From assembly GCA_030428395.1 (NCBI GenBank), contig JAUIDW010000003.1:32552-64551 (forward strand): a stretch of 32,000 bases of DNA, written 5' to 3'. This DNA comes from a bacterium (GTDB lineage Bacteria > Planctomycetota > UBA1135 > GCA-002686595). The notes beneath the pieces were generated by a model that saw only the letters and a list, made by a program, of their open reading frames with translations, was not told the origin of the DNA and did not search any database. Below, one piece after another: positions 1 through 10,758 of this stretch. Positions within the stretch are counted from its first letter, which is position 1. Each line of letters opens with the position of its first letter. The position numbers and the translations under genes were made by a program.

Positions 1-1031
1 CGCTCTACTACATCGACTTCTTCGGCCTGGGCTTGAAGTCCGCCGGGCTCGTGGCCGGCCTGTTCGGCCTGATGAACATCTTCGCCCGCACGACGGGCGG
101 GATCATCGGGGACAAGTTCGGCGCGCGGGGGGGCCTGAGGGGCCGCGTGCGGTGGTTGTTCATCGCGCTGTTCATCGAGGGGTTGGCCCTGATGGTCTTC
201 TCCCGCATGACCGTCCTGCCGGTCGCGATCGGCACGATGATCGTCTTCAGCCTGTTCGTCCAGATGTCGGAGGGGGCCACGTACTCGGTCGTACCCTTCG
301 TCAACAAGAAGGCCCTGGGCTCGATCGCGGGCATCGTCGGCGCCGGGGGCAACATGGGCGCCGTCGCGGCGGGGTTCCTGTTCCGGGCCGAGGGCATCAC
401 GTGGCCCAACGCGCTCCTGGTCCTGGGCTGCGTCGTGTTCCTGACGTCCTTCGTCGCGCTGCTGGTGCGGTTCAGTGAGGAGGACGAGAAGGCGGTCGCC
501 GCCGAGCACTCGGAGGCGCTGGAGCACCGCGCGCGCAGCGCTCGCAAGCCGCGCTTCGAGCTGCCGCGGCCGGTGGTCGGGCGCCGGGTGACGCCCATCG
601 CCGTGCTGCGCATCTACCTGGGCATCGCGCTCGCGATCAAGGGCATCTACTTCATCATGAACCTCGACGCGCTCGAGGCGCAGATGGGGGGGAGCTTCGG
701 CCCCTGGCAGGACGTCATCCCGTGGTTCGTCGTCCTCGCCCACGCCGTGGGCGGGGCCTGCCTCGCGCTGGGCTTCGCCACGCGCTTCGTGGCGGCGGTG
801 AACGCGATCGTGCTGGGCGGGGCGGCCGTCGTGCACCTGACGGGCACCACGACGCTCGAGGTGCTGGGGGCCAACCTGGACTTCCAGTTCGCCATGCTCG
901 TCCTGATGACCCTGCTCGTCATCTTCTGGCAGGGCGCGGGCGGATTCTCGCTGGACCGCCTGCTGCGGGGCGAGGGCGGAGACGCGCTCGCGCAGGGGGC
1001 CGAGGGGGCGCGGGCGCAGGGCGGTGCATAG
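1..1031 (+). CDS. narK: NarK/NasA-type MFS nitrate/nitrite transporter, 5'-truncated at the window edge, fused in frame to a C-terminal DoxX-like 4-TM domain
   Basis: The frame is open from nt 3 (no start in the window) to TAG 1029-1031. The first ~150 aa (LYYIDFFGLGLKSAGLVAGLFGLMNIFARTTGGIIGDKFG...PFVNKKALGSIAGIVGAGGNMGAVAAGFLF) look like the C-terminal half of NarK-family porters. A charged linker (FSEEDEKAVAAEHSEALEHRARSARKPRF) follows. Then come ~130 aa with four hydrophobic helices ending FWQGAGGFSLDRLL, which is typical of DoxX-family proteins. Confidence 0.8.
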   Translation, partial: LYYIDFFGLGLKSAGLVAGLFGLMNIFARTTGGIIGDKFGARGGLRGRVRWLFIALFIEGLALMVFSRMTVLPVAIGTMIVFSLFVQMSEGATYSVVPFVNKKALGSIAGIVGAGGNMGAVAAGFLFRAEGITWPNALLVLGCVVFLTSFVALLVRFSEEDEKAVAAEHSEALEHRARSARKPRFELPRPVVGRRVTPIAVLRIYLGIALAIKGIYFIMNLDALEAQMGGSFGPWQDVIPWFVVLAHAVGGACLALGFATRFVAAVNAIVLGGAAVVHLTGTTTLEVLGANLDFQFAMLVLMTLLVIFWQGAGGFSLDRLLRGEGGDALAQGAEGARAQGGA

Positions 1032-1063
1032 CCGGGATGGCATGGCTGCATAGCGCGGTATGC
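1025..1063. repeat. Direct repeat TGCATAGC (1025-1032 and 1047-1054, 22 bp start to start) plus the inverted half TATGC (1059-1063), in the narK-doxX/narC intergenic region
   Basis: Read directly from the sequence. The first copy overlaps the TAG stop of the upstream gene. GCATA (1048-1052) and TATGC (1059-1063) form a 5-bp inverted repeat. The function is unknown; it could be an operator. Confidence 0.35.
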
Positions 1064-1167
1064 GCCCGGACGCCGGGGGTCGGCCCGGGCGAGTCCTGGA
1101 GGGCGGGGTCGCACCCGGCACGGGCTTTGAACGGAGGCGGCGAGTCCATCCGACGGAGTTCCCCGCA

Positions 1168-2039
1168 GTGAGAAGACAAGCCGTCCTCCGAGTGCTCGTG
1201 CTGCCCGCCTTCCTCGCAGGGGCTTCCGGTCCGCTGCGCGCGCAGGACGCGCCGTCCGAGGAGACGATCGCCTTCTTCCGGCAGAACTGCATGAGCTGCC
1301 ACACCATCGGGGGCGGGCGGCTGACCGGGCCGGACCTGAAGGGGGCGCACGAGCGGGCGGACGAGGCCTGGCTGGTCGACTTCGTCCTGGATCCCAAGGG
1401 CGTGATCGACAGCGGCGACCCCTATGCCGCGGAGATCTTCCGCGACGCGCGCGGCGTCTACATGACGCAGGTGCCCGGTATCGACCGCGCGAGGGCGGAG
1501 AAGCTCGTTCGCCTGATCGTGAGCGAGTCCGCCAAGGAGAAGTCGGAGTTCGCCGGGCTCCAGGTCAGCGACCGCCCCCTGACCGATGCCGACGTCGCCC
1601 GGGGGCGCCAGCTGTTCCTCGGGGCCGCGACCTACCAGAACGGCGCGCCCGCCTGCGTCTCGTGCCACACGCTGAGCGGCCTGGGCGGGCTCGGCGGCGG
1701 AACGCTGGGACCGGACCTGACCGACGTCTACGACCGCCTCGAGGGACGCAAGGCCCTGGCGGCGTGGCTCGGGTCGCCTCCCTCGATGGTGATGCAGCCC
1801 GTGTTCGAGGGGCACGCCCTCGACGGCGAGGAGATCCTCGCCCTGGTGGGCTACCTCAAGTCCGTCGCGGAGGGCCAGGAGGAGGCGCAGCCGGCCAGCA
1901 CCCTGCGCTTCGTGCTGCTGGGGTTCGCCGGAGCCGCCTTCCTGCTCCTGCTCTTCGACTTCCTCTGGCGCAAGCGATACCGCGCGACGCGCCGGCCGCT
2001 GCTCAGGACGAGCCGCCACGCCGCGGCGGGGTCGCACTC

Positions 2040-2043
<4 letters not shown>
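1168..2043 (+). CDS. narC: Membrane-anchored dihaem c-type cytochrome, NarC-like
   Basis: GTG 1168 is preceded by GGAG (1155-1158). The N-terminus is signal-like ([26 protein letters not shown]). There are two CxxCH motifs (CMSCH, CVSCH). A C-terminal hydrophobic helix ([22 protein letters not shown]) is followed by a basic tail. The stop overlaps the narG start (ATGA at 2040-2043). The ORF-track start at 1060 is possible but would put ~36 non-signal residues in front. Confidence 0.8.
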
Positions 2044-5693
<3,650 letters not shown>

Positions 5694-5717
5694 GGCCGCC
5701 TCACGGGAACACACGCC

Positions 5718-7205
5718 ATGGACGTTCGATCCCAGGTTTCGATGGTCTTCCACCTGGACAAGTGCATCGGGTGCCACACGTGCAGCATCGCCTGCAAGAA
5801 CGTGTGGACCGACCGCGAGGGCACGGAATACATGTGGTGGAACAACGTCGAGACGAAACCCGGCACGGGATACCCGACGAAGTGGGAGGACCAGGAGTCC
5901 TACAAGGGCGGCTGGAAGACGGACGGGAAGAAGCTCGAGCTGCGCTCCACCAGCAAGCGCAAGATCGTCCCCAACATCTTCCACAACCCGTCCCAGCCGA
6001 GCCTCGACGACTACTACGAGCCCTGGACCTACGACTACAGCGAGCTCTTCAATGCGCCCGAGGGAGACGACCAGCCGGTTGCGCGCCCCGTCTCGATGAT
6101 CACCGGCGAGCCGCTGGATCTCGAGGCGGGGCCGAACTGGGACGACGACCTCGGGGGGTCCGAGGTGTATGCCGCCAACGACCCCAACCTGGACGTCCTG
6201 TCCGACCAGCAGCAGCAGCAGATGAAGGCCATCGAGCGGATGGTCATGTTCTACCTGCCGCGCATCTGCAACCACTGCCTGAACCCGTCGTGCGTCGCGT
6301 CGTGCCCGTCGGGAGCGATGTACAAGCGCGGCGAGGACGGCATCGTCCTCATCAACCAGGATCGGTGCCGGGCGTGGCGCTCGTGCATCTCGGCGTGCCC
6401 CTACAAGAAGACCTACTACAACTGGTCCACGGGCAAGTCGGAGAAGTGCATCCTCTGCTTCCCGCGGCTCGAGTCCGGGGAGGCCCCCGCGTGCTTCCAC
6501 AGCTGCGTGGGGCGCATCCGGTACCTGGGCAACGTCCTGTACGACGCGGACCGCATCCGGGAGGCGGCGCTGCTCCCGGACGACGCCCTCGTCGAGGCCC
6601 AGCGCGACACGATCCTGGATCCCGAGGATCCCGCGGTGCTCGACGCCGCGCGCAGGTGCGGGATTCCCGAGGGCGTGATCGAGTCGGCGCAGAAGTCGCC
6701 CGTCTACCGCTTCGCGAAGGAGTGGAAGCTCGGGCTCCCGCTGCACGTGGAGTACCGCACCTTCCCGATGCTGTTCTACGTGCCGCCGCTGCTGCCGGTG
6801 ATGTCCGTGTCGGAGGGGGACCTCGTGCGCAGCGACGTCGACGAGCTCTTCGCGGACATCGAGAAGGCGCGGGCGCCCATCGCCTACCTCGGGAAGCTGT
6901 TCGCGGCGGGCAACGAGGGCAAGGTGCGCTACGCCCTGCGCAAGCAGCTCGCCGTTCGCATCTGGCGCCGCCACTGCACGGTCGGAGACGTCGACGAGGC
7001 CGCCGCGCGCCTGGCGCTGAACGAGGCGGACTGCAGCCCCGAGCAGGCGGACGAGATCTACCGGCTCTCCGCGCTGGCGACCTGGGATGACCGCTTCGTC
7101 ATCCCCCCGTTCCAGCGCGAGATGGCCATGGAGATGATCGCCGACCCCCACGAGCACCGGTCCGCGGCCGGGTTCGGCTTCCGCGACGCGCCCCGGAGGA
7201 GCTGA
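5718..7205 (+). CDS. narH: Respiratory nitrate reductase beta subunit (Fe-S)
   Basis: 495 aa. It has the NarH-type N-terminus (QVSMVFHLDKCIGCHTCSIACKNVWTDREGTEYMWWNNVETKPGTGYP) and further ferredoxin-like Cys groups (CNHCLNPSCVASCPSGA, CRAWRSCISACPYKK, CILCFPRLESGEAPACFHSCVGRIRY). Confidence 0.97.
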   Translation: MDVRSQVSMVFHLDKCIGCHTCSIACKNVWTDREGTEYMWWNNVETKPGTGYPTKWEDQESYKGGWKTDGKKLELRSTSKRKIVPNIFHNPSQPSLDDYYEPWTYDYSELFNAPEGDDQPVARPVSMITGEPLDLEAGPNWDDDLGGSEVYAANDPNLDVLSDQQQQQMKAIERMVMFYLPRICNHCLNPSCVASCPSGAMYKRGEDGIVLINQDRCRAWRSCISACPYKKTYYNWSTGKSEKCILCFPRLESGEAPACFHSCVGRIRYLGNVLYDADRIREAALLPDDALVEAQRDTILDPEDPAVLDAARRCGIPEGVIESAQKSPVYRFAKEWKLGLPLHVEYRTFPMLFYVPPLLPVMSVSEGDLVRSDVDELFADIEKARAPIAYLGKLFAAGNEGKVRYALRKQLAVRIWRRHCTVGDVDEAAARLALNEADCSPEQADEIYRLSALATWDDRFVIPPFQREMAMEMIADPHEHRSAAGFGFRDAPRRS

Positions 7206-7206
7206 G

Positions 7207-7782
7207 GTGCGCCCCTCCCCCGAGGTCCACGACGCGCTGGCCTGCCTGTTGTCCTACCCCTGCGAGGGCGGGACGGGGATGCTCTACCCCGCGGCGACCG
7301 AGCGGCTCTCGCGGGCGCTCCCCGAGCTGGCCGACGACCTCCGCGTCTTCACCGCCGGGGTCAGCGGGCTGGACGCCGGCCAGCTGGAGGAGCTCTACAC
7401 GCGCACGTTCGACAACGTCGCCGACCGCTCGCTCGAGATCGGCTGGCAGCTCTTCGGCGAGAACTACGCGCGCGGCGCGCTGATGGTGCGCCTGCGCGTG
7501 CTGCTGCGGGAGAACGGAGTGCCCGAGCACACGGAGCTGCCCGACCACCTTACGCACGTGCTGTCCCTGGTGGGGCGCGCGCCCGCGCCGCTGGCCTCGG
7601 CCCTGGCGTGCGGCCACGCCACCCAGGCCGTCGACAAGGTGCTCGCCGCGCTGCGGTCCTACGGGAGCCCGTGGGTCGGAGTGCTGGAGGCGACGCGCAA
7701 GGTGCTCGGCATGCACCGTGTCGACGACCCGCCCCGCGGGGCGCCCCCTGTTCCTTCGGTGGCCTCGGAGCTGGCGCGATGA
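7207..7782 (+). CDS. narJ: Nitrate reductase molybdenum cofactor assembly chaperone
   Basis: GTG 7207 lies 1 nt after the narH stop. 191 aa. It carries the NarJ-like LEELYTRTFD motif and sits between narH and narI. Its stop overlaps the narI start (ATGA 7779-7782). Confidence 0.85.
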   Translation: MRPSPEVHDALACLLSYPCEGGTGMLYPAATERLSRALPELADDLRVFTAGVSGLDAGQLEELYTRTFDNVADRSLEIGWQLFGENYARGALMVRLRVLLRENGVPEHTELPDHLTHVLSLVGRAPAPLASALACGHATQAVDKVLAALRSYGSPWVGVLEATRKVLGMHRVDDPPRGAPPVPSVASELAR

Positions 7783-8468
7783 ACGACTACGTCCTGTTCG
7801 GTGTTCTGCCCTACGTCGTGATGGTGGTGTTCCTGGTGGTGACGATCCAGCGCTACCGGATGAAGGCCTTCAGCTACTCGAGCCTCTCCTCGCAGTTCCT
7901 CGAGAACCAGCACCACTTCTGGGGCTCGGTCCCGTTCCACTACGGGATCCTGGTCGTGCTGATGGGCCACGTGGTCGCCTTCCTGATGCCGAAGGCGATC
8001 CTGTGGTGGAACGCGGCTCCCCTCCGCCTGGTCCTGCTGGAGGTCACCGGCATCGCCTTCGCCGTCCTGACCCTGGTCGGCCTCGTCAACATCATGCTGC
8101 GCCGGGTGTCGCGCCGCCTGGCGCGGCGGGTCACCACGCCGGCCGACTGGGTGGTGTACGCGCTGCTGCTGGTGCAGGTGCTCTCGGGCATCGGTGTGGC
8201 CGTGTTCCACGGGTGGGGCAGCTCCTGGTTCGCGACCAACCTCTCCCCGTGGCTCTGGTCGCTGGTGACGCTGTCGCCCGACGTCCGGTTCGTCGCACCG
8301 CTCCCGGCGATGGTGAAGGTGCACATCGTCAACTCGTTCCTGCTGATCGGGTTCTTCCCGTTCACCAGGCTCGTTCACATCCTGGTCGTTCCCAACCAGT
8401 ACCTGTGGCGGCGAACCCAGGTCGTCATCTGGAACTGGGACCGATCCCGTGTCCGCAGCGTGGACTGA
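7779..8468 (+). CDS. narI: Respiratory nitrate reductase gamma subunit (dihaem b, membrane)
   Basis: From ATG 7779 the product is 229 aa. The N-terminus (MNDYVLFGVLPYVVMVVFLVVTIQRYR) and the multiple TM helices with conserved His (WGSVPFHYGILVVLMGH, KVHIVNSF, RLVHILVVP) are typical of NarI. The track start at 7608 is an out-of-context extension over narJ. Confidence 0.9.
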   Translation: MNDYVLFGVLPYVVMVVFLVVTIQRYRMKAFSYSSLSSQFLENQHHFWGSVPFHYGILVVLMGHVVAFLMPKAILWWNAAPLRLVLLEVTGIAFAVLTLVGLVNIMLRRVSRRLARRVTTPADWVVYALLLVQVLSGIGVAVFHGWGSSWFATNLSPWLWSLVTLSPDVRFVAPLPAMVKVHIVNSFLLIGFFPFTRLVHILVVPNQYLWRRTQVVIWNWDRSRVRSVD

Positions 8469-8480
8469 TCGGGGGCACGC

Positions 8481-10106
8481 ATGAAGACGCTGGCCCGCTG
8501 GGACGTCGAGGACGGGGAGTTCTGGGCCTCGGAGGGTCGGGCGGTCGCCACCCGCAACCTCTGGATCTCGATCCCCAATCTGCTGTGCGCGTTCGCCGTG
8601 TGGCTCTACTGGGGGATGCTGGCGAAGTTCATCCAGAAGCTCCACTTCGCCGACACGAGCGTCTTCGACTTCACGTTCCTGAACGACGGTGCCTCGTACG
8701 TGGGGGACGAGTATCGCGCGTTGCTGTTCACCCTGCCCGCCGTGGCGGGCCTGTCCGGTGCGACGCTGCGGATCCCCAACTCGTTCATGATCGCGATCTG
8801 CGGGGGGCGCAACGTCAAGTTCATGACGACGCTGCTGCTCATGCTGCCGGCTGTCGGCGCGGCGATCGCCCTGCGGAACCCGGACACGCCGTTCCACGTC
8901 TTTGTCGTGCTGGCGGCGCTCTCGGGGGTCGGCGGGGGCGCCTTCGCGTCGTCCATGTCGAACATCAGCTTCTTCTTCCCGAAGCGGATGCAAGGGCTGT
9001 CGCTCGGTCTGAACGCGGGCCTGGGCAACGCCGGGGTCAGCGTGATGCAGTTCCTGCTGCCCTGGATCATCACCTTCGGGGCCTTCGGTGCCCTGGGGGG
9101 AGAGCCCTACTCCGGGCCGGGGGGGAGCCCGGTCTGGGTCCAGAACGCGGCGCTCGTGTGGGTACCGATCCTGGCCGTGTTCGCGATCCTGGCGTTCCTG
9201 GGGATGAACAACCTGCCCCAGCACCGCTGCGGCCCGACCCACGTGGCCGTGGGCAAGTACCTGTGGTTGACGCTCCTCGGATTCCTGGGAGCCAGCGTGG
9301 GCATCGTTCTGCTGATCGCGCCCTGGGGCGGCTTCCCCGTCCTGCTGAAGACGTTCCTGGTCCTGGTCGCGGCGGTGGGGGCCACGCTGCTCGCGATGCG
9401 GTTCCTGACGCCCCGGGAGACCCGGGAGAACCTGGTCGGCCAGTTCGCCATCTTCCGCAACAAGCACAACTGGGTCATGACCTGGCTGTACACGATGACC
9501 TTCGGCTCGTTCATCGGGTACGCCAACGCCTTTCCCAAGCTGATCGACGACGTCTTCGGCGTCGTCCGGGTCGGCGCGGATGGCACGGCGCTGGCCGAGG
9601 CCGTCACCAATCCCAGCGCACCGGTCTCGGCGCGGTACATCTGGATCGGCGCCGGCGTCGGGGCGCTGATCCGGCCGCTGGGAGGCTGGCTCTCCGACAA
9701 GCTGGGCGGCGCGCGCGTCACCCAGTGGGACACGGTCGTGATGATCGGGGCCACGATCGGCGCGGGCTACTTCGTGTCCCGGGCCAGCCAGTCCGCGACG
9801 CCCGAGCGGTACTTCCTGCCGTTCCTGCTGCTCTTCATCCTGCTCTTCGCGACCACCGGGATCGGCAACGGCTCCACGTTCCGGATGATCCCGATCATCT
9901 TCTCGAAGGAGCAGGCGGGACCCGTCCTCGGGTGGACCTCCGCGATCGCCGCGTACGGGGCCTACCTGATCCCGAAGATCTTCGCGACGCAGATCCAGGC
10001 CGGGACGCCCGAGTACGCGCTGTACGGGTTCGCCGTGTACTACCTGTCCTGCCTCGCCGTGAACTGGTGGTTCTACGCGCGCAAGGGGGCGGAGGTGCCC
10101 TGCTGA
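8481..10106 (+). CDS. narK: MFS nitrate/nitrite transporter (NarK2-like, long form, 541 aa)
   Basis: 12-TM-type hydrophobic profile. It has the NarK-like N-terminus (NLWISIPNLLCAFAVWLYW) and motifs (GGGAFASSMSNISFFFPK, GLNAGLGNAGVS, TGIGNGSTFRMIP). It sits directly after narI. Confidence 0.9.
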   Translation: MKTLARWDVEDGEFWASEGRAVATRNLWISIPNLLCAFAVWLYWGMLAKFIQKLHFADTSVFDFTFLNDGASYVGDEYRALLFTLPAVAGLSGATLRIPNSFMIAICGGRNVKFMTTLLLMLPAVGAAIALRNPDTPFHVFVVLAALSGVGGGAFASSMSNISFFFPKRMQGLSLGLNAGLGNAGVSVMQFLLPWIITFGAFGALGGEPYSGPGGSPVWVQNAALVWVPILAVFAILAFLGMNNLPQHRCGPTHVAVGKYLWLTLLGFLGASVGIVLLIAPWGGFPVLLKTFLVLVAAVGATLLAMRFLTPRETRENLVGQFAIFRNKHNWVMTWLYTMTFGSFIGYANAFPKLIDDVFGVVRVGADGTALAEAVTNPSAPVSARYIWIGAGVGALIRPLGGWLSDKLGGARVTQWDTVVMIGATIGAGYFVSRASQSATPERYFLPFLLLFILLFATTGIGNGSTFRMIPIIFSKEQAGPVLGWTSAIAAYGAYLIPKIFATQIQAGTPEYALYGFAVYYLSCLAVNWWFYARKGAEVPC

Positions 10107-10107
10107 C

Positions 10108-10758
10108 ATGCTCTCCGCCCTCAACGCCAAGATCCTGGCCGTCTTGATGCTCGCCCTGGGAGCCGCCGTCCTGGCGGGCACCGCCGAGGTGCACCTGCCC
10201 GGGAACCACGAGGGCTACGCCCCCGTGCAGCCGATCGCCTACTCGCACCGCCTGCACGCCGGCGAGCTGCGCATCGACTGCCAGTACTGCCACCACGGCG
10301 CGGAGACCAGCCGGCACGCCGGGATCCCGTCGGCCTCGATCTGCATGAACTGCCACGCGACCGTCACCGCGGGCTTCGACGCGGTGCTGCAGGAGCGGGA
10401 GCGGGCCGAGCGCGAGGGCCGCGAGCCGGAGCGGATCGTCTCGTCCGAGCTGCGCAAGCTGTACGACGCGCTCGGCCTCGACGAGGACCTGCAGCCCACC
10501 GGCGCGAGCACCCCGATCGAGTGGGTCCGGGTGCACAACGTCGCCGACTTCGTCTACTTCGACCACCGAGTGCACGTCGCGCGTGGACTGGCCTGCGAGA
10601 CGTGCCATGGCCCCGTCCAGAGCATGGAGCGGATCCGGCAGTTCTCGGACCTCTCCATGGGCTGGTGCGTCCAGTGCCACCGCGACAGCTCCGTCGCTCC
10701 GGAGACGGGTGCCGGGCGGGACCGCGCCTCGACCGACTGTGCGGGGTGCCACTACTGA
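10108..10758 (+). CDS. actA: Alternative complex III pentahaem cytochrome c subunit
   Basis: The ATG is 1 nt after the narK stop, with GGAGG at 10092-10096. There is an N-terminal TM/signal anchor and five CxxCH motifs (CQYCH, CMNCH, CETCH, CVQCH, CAGCH). It sits at the head of an actBCDEF array. Confidence 0.85.
   Translation: MLSALNAKILAVLMLALGAAVLAGTAEVHLPGNHEGYAPVQPIAYSHRLHAGELRIDCQYCHHGAETSRHAGIPSASICMNCHATVTAGFDAVLQERERAEREGREPERIVSSELRKLYDALGLDEDLQPTGASTPIEWVRVHNVADFVYFDHRVHVARGLACETCHGPVQSMERIRQFSDLSMGWCVQCHRDSSVAPETGAGRDRASTDCAGCHY

Noticed and set aside
1038-1052. A sigma-54-like promoter element, TGGCATGGCTGCAT, upstream of narC.
   Set aside because: The GG-to-GC spacing is 9 nt rather than the 12 nt required for -24/-12 promoters (TGGCAC-N5-TTGC).
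1662-2039. A 126-codon N-terminal extension of narG suggested by the ORF track (start at 1662).
   Set aside because: The extension is R/G/P-rich and overlaps the 3' half of the cytochrome c gene in another frame. The ATG at 2040 reproduces the canonical NarG N-terminus and forms an ATGA overlap with narC.
6207-6221. A (CAG)5 trinucleotide repeat inside narH, encoding QQQQQ.
   Set aside because: It is short, in frame, and lies in a variable surface-loop-like segment. Nothing suggests phase variation or functional significance.
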